Below, piece after piece: positions 51,143 through 60,826 of a stretch of DNA of 64,000 nucleotides. The translations under genes were made by a program, and so were the position numbers. The notes under the pieces were generated by a model. That model made no database searches and had not been told where the DNA came from. It saw only the letters and a program-made list of their open reading frames with translations. Source of the DNA: Nitrospiraceae bacterium (GTDB taxonomy: Bacteria; Nitrospirota; Nitrospiria; Nitrospirales; Nitrospiraceae); NCBI GenBank assembly GCA_037442105.1, contig JBBIQV010000011.1, positions 1 to 64,000 of the forward strand. Reading direction: 5' to 3'. Positions within the stretch are counted from its first letter, which is position 1. Each line of letters begins with the position of its first letter.

Positions 51143-52327
51143 ATGAAAGTCATCGGCCTTATGTCCGGCACCTCCAGTGACGGAGTCGACGCGGCGCTGG
51201 TGGAAATTCATGGCCGCGGGCAGAAGCTCTCGGTCCGGAGTCTGGCCTTTTATTCGCTCCCCTATTCCCGTTCGCTGCGAACACGGATTCTCGCAGCTTC
51301 GATGGAGGGACACGTCGCCGACATTTGTCACCTGAACGCAACATTGGGCGAGCTATTCGCAAAGGCGGCACTGGGAGTGATCGAACGTGCCGGTCTTCGC
51401 CCGGCGGACGTCCGCCTGATTGGTTCACATGGACAAACCGTGCACCATCTTCCCAAGGGCCGCCGTGAGCCAGGAGTTGGGCTGATACGCTCGACGTTGC
51501 AGATTGCCGAACCAGCGATAATAGCGGAACGTACCGGCATTACAACCGTGGCGAACTTCCGCCCGCGCGATATCGCGGCCGGTGGTGAGGGAGCACCGCT
51601 GACGCCTTATGTCCATCACCTGCTGTTTCGACATCCTCGCCGCTCACGCTTGATCGTGAACCTCGGAGGCATCAGCAATGTGACCTACCTTCCCAAAGGG
51701 GGCGCGCTCGACTCGCTACGCGCGTTCGATACGGGGCCGGGGAACATGGTACTCGACGCTGTCGCCTCTCGCATAACCCATGGCCGTATCGCCATGGATC
51801 GTGGGGGAAAGTTGGCAGCACGTGGACTGGTCGATGCCGACCTTCTTGCCGGGTTGCTCACCCATCCATTTCTGAAGCGGCACCCTCCCAAATCCACAGG
51901 CCGAGAAGAATTCGGGGAGGCCTTTCTCCAAACACTGATCGAGCAAGGGCGCCGACGCAGACTCTCTCCGCATGACCTTCTGGCGACCTGCGCCAGATGG
52001 ACTGCGGAAGCCGTTGGGACGGCGCGGCGGTGGTTGAACGGGCCGATCGACGATGTGCTCGTCGGTGGCGGAGGTATCTATAACCGGACGGTCATGGCCA
52101 ATCTGGGGGAAGTGTTTGCTCCCGCCGGAGTGCAGACGTTTGATGACGTAGGTTGGCAGAGCAAGGCGTTCGAAGCGATTGCCTTCGCAGTGCTGGCGTA
52201 TCAGACCATTACAGGCTGCTGTACAAACATTCCGTCGGTTACCGGGGCAACAAGGTCGGTGCTCCTCGGAACCATTGTTCCTGGAGATTCCACGTGGTTG
52301 TCTCGACTGCATCGGCTCCCCAAATGA
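51143..52327 (+). CDS. anmK: Anhydro-N-acetylmuramic acid kinase
   Basis: IGLMSGTSSDGVD, IGSHGQT, GGEGAPL, NLGGISN, FDTGPGN, KSTGREEF. Confidence 0.96.
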   Translation: MKVIGLMSGTSSDGVDAALVEIHGRGQKLSVRSLAFYSLPYSRSLRTRILAASMEGHVADICHLNATLGELFAKAALGVIERAGLRPADVRLIGSHGQTVHHLPKGRREPGVGLIRSTLQIAEPAIIAERTGITTVANFRPRDIAAGGEGAPLTPYVHHLLFRHPRRSRLIVNLGGISNVTYLPKGGALDSLRAFDTGPGNMVLDAVASRITHGRIAMDRGGKLAARGLVDADLLAGLLTHPFLKRHPPKSTGREEFGEAFLQTLIEQGRRRRLSPHDLLATCARWTAEAVGTARRWLNGPIDDVLVGGGGIYNRTVMANLGEVFAPAGVQTFDDVGWQSKAFEAIAFAVLAYQTITGCCTNIPSVTGATRSVLLGTIVPGDSTWLSRLHRLPK

Positions 52328-52336
52328 GAGCGTGAG

Positions 52337-52861
52337 GTGCTCGCTATGGATGGCGTGATCATCGGAGTGACCGCTGCGCTGTTGTTGATCGTGGGATGGT
52401 GGTGGAACCGCACGGCGCCATCCTCCACGCCGGGTCGCAAGTCCGGTCCCTTTATTTCTCCCACCGTCACCATCGTGGCCCAACCACCCCTGAACGACAT
52501 GGACGTGTATTTTTTCAACCTGCTGTCTTTGGCGGTACAGGACCGGTATTTGCTCCTGGCGCAAGTGCCGCTGTGGTGCCTTGTCGATGTCCGAGCGCCG
52601 GAGCCAAAGGAGCGAAAACGAGTGCTTGGTCAGATTGCCTTGAAACGGGTGGATTTTGCGCTGGTTCATCCGGGGACAAAAGAAGTGGAGGCCGTCGTGC
52701 AGTTGGAACAACCCTCAACAGACGCGTTGAGGCAGCAGCGGGATCGGCTGCTTGACACGGTGCTCCAGATGGCGGGACTCAAATTGGTTAAGCTTGAGGT
52801 CCGAAAGACCTACACCGTTTCTGATTTGAGCAAGGCGTTGGGGATAGAGACGACGGAATGA
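52337..52861 (+). CDS. DUF2726-domain membrane-anchored protein
   Basis: N-terminal TM helix; LAQVPL, RVDFALV, RDRLLD. Confidence 0.8.
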   Translation: MLAMDGVIIGVTAALLLIVGWWWNRTAPSSTPGRKSGPFISPTVTIVAQPPLNDMDVYFFNLLSLAVQDRYLLLAQVPLWCLVDVRAPEPKERKRVLGQIALKRVDFALVHPGTKEVEAVVQLEQPSTDALRQQRDRLLDTVLQMAGLKLVKLEVRKTYTVSDLSKALGIETTE

Positions 52862-52922
52862 AGTTGGGAGCCATGACCCAGGAGTCGGTTCCCCGAGGCT
52901 GGTCCAAAGCCTCCAATCGTGA

Positions 52923-53432
52923 TCACCGCTGAGGGGCTGGACTGTCTTTGGCCGCGATCGCATCAATGGCTTTGCGGGCGAGTTCTGCTTCGGGACTGTT
53001 GGGGTATTGTTCGATGACTCGCTCATACATCAGGCGGGCTTTCTCATGGTCCCCGAGTCTTGTGTACGTTTGTCCGATCTTGAGGGTGGACCCAGGCAAC
53101 TTTTGACTGAGTGGATAGTACGACACGACGTTGTAGAAAGACATGAGCGCATCCTTGTATCGTCCTGTGCGGTATTGGCATTCTCCAATCCAATACTGAG
53201 CATTCGATGCCAGAGAAGACGAGCCATGCAGTTCCAGGAAGAACCGGAATCCTGCAAGCGCGGCTTCATAATCTCTCCCGCGAAATTCTTCCATCACACG
53301 ATCATAGAGACGGCGTGATGCATCCTGCGCCTTCTGGGGCGCGGCGCTCACAGCATCGACCGACCCAAGCATCAGCGATACAAGGAGAATGGCAGCCTGA
53401 GTGTGCTTTGACCTCATGATTGCGTTCAGCAT
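52923..53432 (-). CDS. TPR protein, CpoB/YbgF-like (TPR domain only)
   Basis: Signal peptide; NAQYWIGECQY, VIEQYPNSPEA. Confidence 0.85.
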   Translation of the reverse strand: MLNAIMRSKHTQAAILLVSLMLGSVDAVSAAPQKAQDASRRLYDRVMEEFRGRDYEAALAGFRFFLELHGSSSLASNAQYWIGECQYRTGRYKDALMSFYNVVSYYPLSQKLPGSTLKIGQTYTRLGDHEKARLMYERVIEQYPNSPEAELARKAIDAIAAKDSPAPQR

Positions 53433-53468
53433 TGCCGGGGCTCCTTCGCTTTCGGATGATTCAGAAAC

Positions 53469-53483
53469 GCAAGCGCTATGCCA
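53469..53483 (-). promoter_or_regulatory. Sigma-54 (-24/-12) promoter
   Basis: Minus strand TGGCAT-AGCGC-TTGC, about 36 nt upstream of the start codon. Confidence 0.7.
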
Positions 53484-53734
53484 GAGACAGCATCTTTCTC
53501 AACTGGCGGCATCCTGAAAAAGCAGCGAGAAATAGAGGCCTTTGGCCGACTGAAGCCGAAAGCCCAACGACGGCTCGCGAATGCAGAATTATTACGGCAT
53601 GACAGAATTGTACGCATAGAGGTCCGGAGAGCTGACGGTCATCTCACTCCTGCCCAGGATCACCCGGTGTCCTCGAACCACTCTGGCCTGTGTCAGTTTG
53701 GAGAGGAGTACGGGTGTCCAACCGCGTGGAACGA

Positions 53735-54688
53735 TCAAGTACGTCGCTGGGGATTCAGCGTATCAGCGGAGGCGAGGGATTTGTTGTCTGCGGAGGGATG
53801 AAACTGGAAGCAGTTCCCACCTTGCTGCTTGGCGCGGTACATCGCGGCGTCGGCGTGCTTGAGCAGGATATCGATGTTCTCGTCATCGGCCGGATAACTG
53901 GTAATGCCGATGCTCACGCCAATGGAAATGCGGCATTCGCCGAGCAGGAACGGTTCCGTCATGGCATGAACGATCCGGCTGCCGATAATAGCCAGATCTT
54001 GATTCCCTGAGAGACCCTCCAAGATGATCGTAAACTCGTCTCCCCCCATCCTAGCGATGGTGTCCACTTCCCGCACACACCGATGGAGCCGCTCAACCAC
54101 TGCCTTGAGCAACTGGTCTCCAACGTCATGTCCGTGGGTGTCGTTCACGGCTTTGAACCGATCAAGGTCTAGCAACATCAGACCGAGGGGCTGTTCTGTA
54201 CGCTTGCTACGCGCCATGGCCTGAGTGAGCCGATCGCGGAAGAGGGTGCGGTTCACCAATCCGGTCAACTGATCGTATTGCGCCAGGTAGGTCAGCCGCT
54301 CTTCAGCGCGTTTGCGTTCGATGGCATACCGAAGAGACCGAGCCAACAGCTCGCTGTGCCCCTGTCCTTTGACAAGATAGTCTTGTGCCCCCTGCTGGAC
54401 TGCCTGAAGCGCCAAGGTCTGGTCGTCATGCCCGCTCAGCACCACGATGGGAACGCCCGGACTCATGGCCTTGACTTGAGTCACCGTGCCAAGACCCTGG
54501 GCATCAGGGAGAGAAAGGTCGAGCAACACGGCGTCGAAACATTCACGGCTAAGTCGAGCCAATCCGTCCGCCAGCGTGGTGACTAGAATGACGTCAAACT
54601 GATCGGCGTGCCACTCAGTGAGAATATCCTGGGTCAGTTGGGCATCGACGGGGTTGTCTTCGACGAGGAGAACCTTGATCATGTGCAC
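53735..54688 (-). CDS. Response regulator-diguanylate cyclase (REC-GGDEF)
   Basis: VLLVEDN, LLDLSLPD, DLDRFKAVND, intact RMGGDEF. Confidence 0.95.
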   Translation of the reverse strand: MHMIKVLLVEDNPVDAQLTQDILTEWHADQFDVILVTTLADGLARLSRECFDAVLLDLSLPDAQGLGTVTQVKAMSPGVPIVVLSGHDDQTLALQAVQQGAQDYLVKGQGHSELLARSLRYAIERKRAEERLTYLAQYDQLTGLVNRTLFRDRLTQAMARSKRTEQPLGLMLLDLDRFKAVNDTHGHDVGDQLLKAVVERLHRCVREVDTIARMGGDEFTIILEGLSGNQDLAIIGSRIVHAMTEPFLLGECRISIGVSIGITSYPADDENIDILLKHADAAMYRAKQQGGNCFQFHPSADNKSLASADTLNPQRRT

Positions 54689-54907
54689 CCACGCTGGAAG
54701 GCGTACGGATACCTTCCCACGTCATACCTATGCCACCAGAGGCTTAGTGGTGAGTCTCCCCCCTTTGAATACACAATTATAGCGGAAGCCCGCTCGCCAA
54801 CAAGGGAATTAGCGATTCTCAGGCGTCAGAATTCTCCCGCCCCTGAGAAGATCACCGACCATCCAGGTGGGGAACGACTCCGTCGAGAGCCCAGATTCGT
54901 GCACGAG

Positions 54908-55291
54908 CTAGCCGCAATGAAGTGCCTCGGCCCGCCGGCGGACTTCCTGGGCTTTTTTCGACTGCCCGAGATTCTCATACAGCGAGGCGATGTTGGCATG
55001 CAAATGCGTGAGGAGTTGCCCCAACTGCGCTTCTTGGGCGATGACGTTGGCCTCCAGCGCCACCTTCTTCTCTTCGCTGCGACGGAAGCGTTCTTCGAGT
55101 CGCTGTACGAGCTGGATCCACCCGCGAATCTTTCCTGAATCGAGCTCGGGCATCGCCGGCAAGGACTCGCCGCAATCCAGCGCCTTCTCCGTTTGGTTCA
55201 TCCAATTTATGAAGACGAGAAAATCGCCGAGCGTAATTTTGAGAGCGGATGAGGCCCCTTCTTCTTCAATAACCAAATCTTCCATCGTCAC
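54908..55291 (-). CDS. Hypothetical helical protein
   Basis: RBS GAAGGAG; plausible coiled-coil/TPR-like C-terminus. Confidence 0.65.
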   Translation of the reverse strand: MTMEDLVIEEEGASSALKITLGDFLVFINWMNQTEKALDCGESLPAMPELDSGKIRGWIQLVQRLEERFRRSEEKKVALEANVIAQEAQLGQLLTHLHANIASLYENLGQSKKAQEVRRRAEALHCG

Positions 55292-55651
55292 TCCTTCGAG
55301 ACGTTGATGATTATTCCACGATCAGACCTGATCCCTTCCACCTTCACCCAACCCAGTAAACCCACCGTTCTGCCGGAATCCCCGTCGCCGCGCTCGAACC
55401 CATGGGGCATACCTTGACACTGCGGCGTGACGGCAGCGCAGGGTAAAGAGATCACCTCCTTCTGAGAGAACTTGTTCCGTTGAGAATGAGAGGCACGACG
55501 GAAGAGGGTGTTTCATCCGGCAGGCAGGTAAGTGATGTTGTGTAACTACATACTGCGGGAAGGTAGTCCAAGTCAACGGGAGTCCATCCCGCACCTCGAC
55601 GAGTTGAGGCCACCTCGTAGACAAAGGCTAAGAGCATGTTATCATGCCGGC

Positions 55652-56467
55652 GTGGTACGCCTCTCTCTTCCACCGCAGTCGGTTCGAAGCCGAGTGCTGC
55701 GCACAGCCATTGACGCCGCGACGAAAGCCGGAGCTGTGTTGCAAGAACATGCCCGCAAAGGATTCCGTATCGCGCACAAGAACATCGTAAACCTCGTCAC
55801 TGATGCGGACCACGCAGCGGAACAATGTATCGTGGACCTGATCAGGACATCGTTTCCAGACCATCGTATCCTAGCCGAGGAACGAGGGGCCAACGAGCCC
55901 ACGACCTCGCCCTATCACTGGGTGATCGATCCGCTCGACGGCACCACCAATTTCGCGCACGGCTTTCCGGCTTACTGCGTCTCGATCGGGGTGGAATACG
56001 AAGGACACGGCATGCTCGGTGTGGTGTTCGACCCGACCAGGCAGGAACTTTTCACGGCAGAGGTGGGCGGTGGCGCCTTCCTCAATGACGCAAAAATTCA
56101 GGTGTCGAAAACGCCGGCGCTCGATCAGGCGCTTCTCGTAACGGGCTTCGCATACGACATTCGGGAGACGTCCAACAACAACCTCGATCACTTCGCGCGA
56201 TTTGCGCTGCGAGTGCAAGGCTTGCGTCGAACCGGCACTGCGGCACTGGACCTCTGCTACGTCGCTGCAGGACGCTTCGACGGATTTTGGGAGCTGAAGC
56301 TGAATCCCTGGGACATGGCTGCCGGTGTGGTCATCCTCCGTGAGGCCGGAGGCACCGTGACCGATTTCTCAGGAGCAGCGTTTTCAATCTTCGGACAGCA
56401 GCTTGTCGCCAGCAATGGTTTGATCCACCAGGCCATGATCTCCATGTTGAACCAAAACCCCGCCTGA
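55652..56467 (+). CDS. suhB: Inositol monophosphatase family protein
   Basis: ILAEE, WVIDPLDGTTNF, WDMAAG. Confidence 0.93.
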   Translation: MVRLSLPPQSVRSRVLRTAIDAATKAGAVLQEHARKGFRIAHKNIVNLVTDADHAAEQCIVDLIRTSFPDHRILAEERGANEPTTSPYHWVIDPLDGTTNFAHGFPAYCVSIGVEYEGHGMLGVVFDPTRQELFTAEVGGGAFLNDAKIQVSKTPALDQALLVTGFAYDIRETSNNNLDHFARFALRVQGLRRTGTAALDLCYVAAGRFDGFWELKLNPWDMAAGVVILREAGGTVTDFSGAAFSIFGQQLVASNGLIHQAMISMLNQNPA

Positions 56468-56631
56468 TTTTTCTCTCATCTGTTCGAACTCGCTTGAGTT
56501 TTCCTTGCGGTTCACAGGTCCCGCGTGAAGCCTGGCTGCGACGGACGCTTTTCTCTCCCCTGACATCGGTATACAGGACACTTGCCGGTGCGCTATGATC
56601 GGCATGGAACAAGCAAGGAGGCGCCACACAC

Positions 56632-56901
56632 ATGGCTAGTCAGACACCGCCGTCAAAACCAGGACTTGGAGCACCACCGCAGCCGGAAGTCTGGGATGTC
56701 GAACTCCTCCGCGTCCTCGTGAGCCGCAAAGGCAAACAAGTGAATGCGGAGTGGGCTATCCACCCTCAGATCAAGCATGATCTCCTGCCCGCCGAGTGGA
56801 AAGAGCTTACCGACCTCATGGCAAAAGTCACCAACATCGTCGGCAACCGTTTCTCGCAGATCCTTGTGGAAGCGGAGCCGGATCCGCCGGGCCACGCCTG
56901 A
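56632..56901 (+). CDS. Small hypothetical protein
   Basis: RBS AAGGAGG; 89 aa. Confidence 0.75.
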   Translation: MASQTPPSKPGLGAPPQPEVWDVELLRVLVSRKGKQVNAEWAIHPQIKHDLLPAEWKELTDLMAKVTNIVGNRFSQILVEAEPDPPGHA

Positions 56902-56906
56902 AAACC

Positions 56907-56977
56907 AGTGATGAGCGACGAGTGACGAGTGACAGAGTTGTCCGCCACCCCATGCTCGTCGTCCATCACCCATCACC
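56907..56977. repeat. Heptamer-array imperfect hairpin
   Basis: AGTGATG AGCGACG AGTGACG AGTGACA ... TCGTCGT CCATCAC CCATCAC. Confidence 0.7.
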
Positions 56978-56989
56978 GGGAGTTGATGC

Positions 56990-57322
56990 ATGGAGACCTA
57001 TTACCATCCCAAAGATTTGGACAAGTTCGGCGACATGGGCAAGGGCAACAAGGAGTTGTGGGAGAAGTTTATGAGCTATTACAGCGCCGTCTTTGCGGAA
57101 GGGACGCTGAGCGAACGTGAGAAAGCTCTCATCGCGCTCGGCGTGGCTCACGCAGTTCAGTGTCCCTACTGCATCGATGCCTACACGCAGGCCTGCTTAG
57201 AGAAAGGCTCGAACGTGGAAGAGATGACCGAGGCTATCCACGTGGCCTGCGCAATCCGCGGAGGCGCCTCACTGGTCCACGGTGTACAGATGCGGAACAT
57301 TGTGGAGAAACTTTCCATGTAG
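56990..57322 (+). CDS. Carboxymuconolactone decarboxylase/AhpD-like protein
   Basis: REKALIALGVAHAVQCPYCIDAY, GGASLVHG. Confidence 0.9.
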   Translation: METYYHPKDLDKFGDMGKGNKELWEKFMSYYSAVFAEGTLSEREKALIALGVAHAVQCPYCIDAYTQACLEKGSNVEEMTEAIHVACAIRGGASLVHGVQMRNIVEKLSM

Positions 57323-57417
57323 CTTCTCCACAGGCTATAGGTCCGAAGATCTCTCTTGCCTCTTTCCAGACAAGCTTCCAGTCTATCGTCCATAGCCTAT
57401 TGCCGATTGCCTGCGCG

Positions 57418-58428
57418 CTACGCGCGCAAGTACCCATTCTCGCGAAACCACGCCAGTGCGTCCGAGAGCGCGGTTTCCACCGGACGACGCGGATAGTCCA
57501 GCTCCCGTATCCCTTTGGAGCAATCGTAGTGCTGCATGTGCCGGAGCACCTCCATGAAAAAGCCGGGGATGGGAGCGGGCTTGCGTAATACGGTTCGGAA
57601 CACCCAGTCGCCGAATTTCGATCCGAGTCGAGCTACTTCGAAGGGCGCGGGGAAAAGCGGTGGCCGGACGCCGGCCACGCTGGCGATGAGTTGGTTCAGG
57701 GCTTTCTGTGTCGTGTTCCAATTGCCCAAAATGTAGCGCTCGCCCACGCGTCCTCGTTCCGCCGCGCGAATCATGCCCTCCGCCACATCCCGCACGTCGA
57801 TCACGTTCACCGGCCCATCGACATAGGCCGGCATCTGCCGCTTGGCGATCATCAGGATCTGCGTCCCGCTGGTCGGCCGACTATCGTAAGGGCCGTAGAA
57901 TGCCGTGGGATTGACCACGATGGCCGGCACACCCCGGCGCGCCGCGTCCAGCACCTCGCGCTCCATCGCGATCTTCGACATGAGGTACGGATTCTCCGTA
58001 TAGGTCGTAGTGAATGGGCAGTTTTCGTCGGCGAGTCGGCCCCTCCGAGGAGGAAACCCGATCGTCGTGAGCGTGCTGGTGAAGACCATTCGCTCGACCG
58101 AGGCACGAGCGACGGCCTGCAGCAAGTTGTCTGTTTCGGCCAGCGCCTGCTTGGTAGCGACCTCAACGGGAATCGTATAGGGCGGGTAGTAGCTCGCACA
58201 CTGGTACACAGCGCGGACTCCCTCGCATGCACGGATGAGGGAGTCGGCATCGTTCAAGTCACCGTCGACGCGCTCAATGTCCAACCCTTTCAGAGAGAGA
58301 TGGCGACGGGCCTGCGCGCTGGACTGAACCGTGTGAAACAACACGCGCACGTGCTCCCCTCTGTCCAGCAGCGCGCGGACGAGGTTCGCGCCGAGGTGTC
58401 CGGTCCCGCCGAGTACCAGAACTTTCAT
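57418..58428 (-). CDS. NAD-dependent epimerase/dehydratase (HpnA/dihydroflavonol reductase-like SDR)
   Basis: VLGGTGHLG, YLMSK, VNPTAFYGP, IDVRDVAEG, GERYIL. Confidence 0.9.
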   Translation of the reverse strand: MKVLVLGGTGHLGANLVRALLDRGEHVRVLFHTVQSSAQARRHLSLKGLDIERVDGDLNDADSLIRACEGVRAVYQCASYYPPYTIPVEVATKQALAETDNLLQAVARASVERMVFTSTLTTIGFPPRRGRLADENCPFTTTYTENPYLMSKIAMEREVLDAARRGVPAIVVNPTAFYGPYDSRPTSGTQILMIAKRQMPAYVDGPVNVIDVRDVAEGMIRAAERGRVGERYILGNWNTTQKALNQLIASVAGVRPPLFPAPFEVARLGSKFGDWVFRTVLRKPAPIPGFFMEVLRHMQHYDCSKGIRELDYPRRPVETALSDALAWFRENGYLRA

Positions 58429-58492
58429 GTTGGTCTCTCCCGAGCGAGGAGCAGAGGGAACCGAAAATGCGCGGTTCAGCAGATACGTCGGA

Positions 58493-60355
58493 CTACAGGT
58501 ACGGATACTCAGGAATCGCCAGAGTGAAGTACTTCCCTCGCTCTTCGTATAATATGCGCTTTGTGGTCAACTCGGCCAGCGTCGTAGCAAGCCTGTCGTG
58601 GGAGAGCATTCCTTGCGCCGGCTGCGCCATCGCCGCGCTGCGGATCTGCTCAGCCGATTTCGGCGCCTCGTTGCAACACTCAATGACGAAGGATGCCGGC
58701 CAGTCGAATCGTTCCCGCGTCGGGGCGCCGGGGTTCCGCCCATCGTACACCGTGACATAGGTCATCGCTTTCGAGTAATAGAGGAAGGGTTTGTCGGCCG
58801 AAGCATGCCGGCGCCGCCATTCGCATACCAGATCGACCAACTCCTGATAGACGCGGGGATCGACTTTCCAGTCGTCCATCTCGTACTCGAAATCGTAGGC
58901 GATCTTCATCAAATCCACCTGCCTCGCATCATACACATATTCGTACGCCGCCCCCGGTCCCGTAATTCTGATTCCATACTCCTGCGGCCGTCTGAAGTAA
59001 GGACTGAATCGCTCCAGCCAGAACTTGCCGGCCCCTTCCGGCGGCTGGAGATGGAACAACGAGGGTAGGAGCGCGAGCTGCCGGCGATAGTCCTCATTGG
59101 TCTCGCCTGGGAACCCGAGCAGGATGTTCCATGAAACGCCGATGCGATAGTAGTAACTCCACTTCAAACATTGGATGTTCTGCAACGGGCTGACTCCCTT
59201 GTCCATCGCATGGAGCTGCGCGTGACTCAGGCTTTCCAGTCCCGGCTGCATGCACTTCACACCACCGGCCGCCAGCGTGCGAATCTGCTCCTTGTGCAGG
59301 TTGCTCTTGGTCTCGATGAAGACGTCGAGATCGCAGTGGTCGGCGGCGAACTTACCGAAGAGGTGCTCGATGTACTTCATGTCGATAATGTTATCCACCA
59401 GCCGGAAGCGCGCCGTGTCGTACCGGCTCGACAGATAGGCCATCTCCCGCGCCACCTGCTCGGAGGACTTCGCACGAAATTTCATGCTCTGCGCATTCAA
59501 GCCGCAAAACGTGCAATGGTGCTTCTCACCCCACCAACAACCGCGCGAGCCTTCGTAGAGCAGGATGCGGTTTAATCCATGAGCCGCATCTGTGCCCAGT
59601 TCGGCGAGCAGATGATAGTAGTCATCATAGTCCGGCGGACCGGTCCGGGCAAAATCGGAAAACAACGCCGTATTGGGTTCATAGCCGATGCGGCCGCCTT
59701 TTCGAAAGATCACCCCCTTGGGATAGCCGTCTTGCTTGCCTGCGAGCACGTGCTCGACCAGAGCGGGGAAGACCTCCTCGCCCTCACCGACTACCACATA
59801 GTCGATCCAGGGAAACGCCCGGAAGTACTCCCATCCCATCTCGCCGTCGTAGTTCGCGCCGCCGAAGACGACCTTCACGTCCGGATAAAGATCCTTGATC
59901 AATTTGGCCATCGTGAGACTGGCCACATTCTGATCGAACGTCGAGGTGAACCCGACGATCTTGTACCGCTCCCAATCCATTGCTGTCAGCGCCCAGGTGA
60001 GGAATTGCGGGGCAAGGCGACCGGCCAGGTCTTCAAAATGCGACACGGGGCGCCCGCTCTCCTCAGCCAGTTGCTCGAACACCGGCTTGAAGACGCGCGG
60101 ATATTCGCCCCGCTTCGGGTTGTCGCGAAACAGCAGATACGAAAAGAGCCATTCGCCGAACAGCGCCCGCTTCTCGCAAATCAGCTCATACAGCGGCACG
60201 CCGATCTTGTAGGCGAACCGCACGTTGAGGTGGTGGCAATCGACCGCTATGCCTCGAGACTTCAGGAGGGCGGAAAGCGTCCCCAATTGAATGGACGGGT
60301 ACTTCGAAAAGCTGAACGGCATATTGACGAGCGCCACCTGGGCCTTCTCGCTCAT
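58493..60355 (-). CDS. Cobalamin-dependent radical SAM protein (RiPP-maturation C-methyltransferase-like)
   Basis: B12-binding domain (VGFTSTFDQN, VFGGAN, VVGEGE); RGCWWGEKHHCTFCGLN (CX7CX2C); QPGLESLS; WNILLGFPGE. Confidence 0.9.
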   Translation of the reverse strand: MSEKAQVALVNMPFSFSKYPSIQLGTLSALLKSRGIAVDCHHLNVRFAYKIGVPLYELICEKRALFGEWLFSYLLFRDNPKRGEYPRVFKPVFEQLAEESGRPVSHFEDLAGRLAPQFLTWALTAMDWERYKIVGFTSTFDQNVASLTMAKLIKDLYPDVKVVFGGANYDGEMGWEYFRAFPWIDYVVVGEGEEVFPALVEHVLAGKQDGYPKGVIFRKGGRIGYEPNTALFSDFARTGPPDYDDYYHLLAELGTDAAHGLNRILLYEGSRGCWWGEKHHCTFCGLNAQSMKFRAKSSEQVAREMAYLSSRYDTARFRLVDNIIDMKYIEHLFGKFAADHCDLDVFIETKSNLHKEQIRTLAAGGVKCMQPGLESLSHAQLHAMDKGVSPLQNIQCLKWSYYYRIGVSWNILLGFPGETNEDYRRQLALLPSLFHLQPPEGAGKFWLERFSPYFRRPQEYGIRITGPGAAYEYVYDARQVDLMKIAYDFEYEMDDWKVDPRVYQELVDLVCEWRRRHASADKPFLYYSKAMTYVTVYDGRNPGAPTRERFDWPASFVIECCNEAPKSAEQIRSAAMAQPAQGMLSHDRLATTLAELTTKRILYEERGKYFTLAIPEYPYL

Positions 60356-60397
60356 CTGCTGCCTCGTGGGTTCATAGAAAAGCGTTCTGACCGACGG

Positions 60398-60748
60398 CTA
60401 GCCGGCGGCGGCCCTGAACGGTTCGAATTCCCGATCGGCCTTGGCGGCCAGATAGAAGTCGCTTTCTGTCAGACCGTTGATCTTATGGGTCCAGATTTCG
60501 ACCTTGCATTTGCCCCAGGCCAGATAGAGGTCCGGATGGTGGCCTTCGGCCTCAGCAATCGCGCCGACCTTGTTCACATACGCGAGAGCCTGGGCAAAGT
60601 TTTTAAACGTATAGAGTCGCTCCAGATGCCCGGCTCCATTCAAGAACCAACCGTGACCAAGTTCTTGCAATAAGCCCTGCGCCCGTTCTGCAGGAAGAGG
60701 TGGGACTCCTCCGCGACAGGGAATACATTTGTTATCGGCGAGACTCAT
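60398..60748 (-). CDS. Pterin-4-alpha-carbinolamine dehydratase
   Basis: AEAEGHHPD, WTHKINGLTESDFYLAAK; N-terminal CIPC. Confidence 0.93.
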   Translation of the reverse strand: MSLADNKCIPCRGGVPPLPAERAQGLLQELGHGWFLNGAGHLERLYTFKNFAQALAYVNKVGAIAEAEGHHPDLYLAWGKCKVEIWTHKINGLTESDFYLAAKADREFEPFRAAAG

Positions 60749-60826
60749 CGTTCTTCTCCTTCATATCATGACCGACAAATATTCTAAGGGGCGATGCGCG
60801 GAGAAACAAGGCAAGGGAGGGGGCGA

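Noticed and set aside
56632..56901. The 89-aa ORF as RiPP precursor for the radical SAM enzyme
   Set aside because: Opposite strand, separate transcription unit, globular-looking sequence, and no leader/core pattern.
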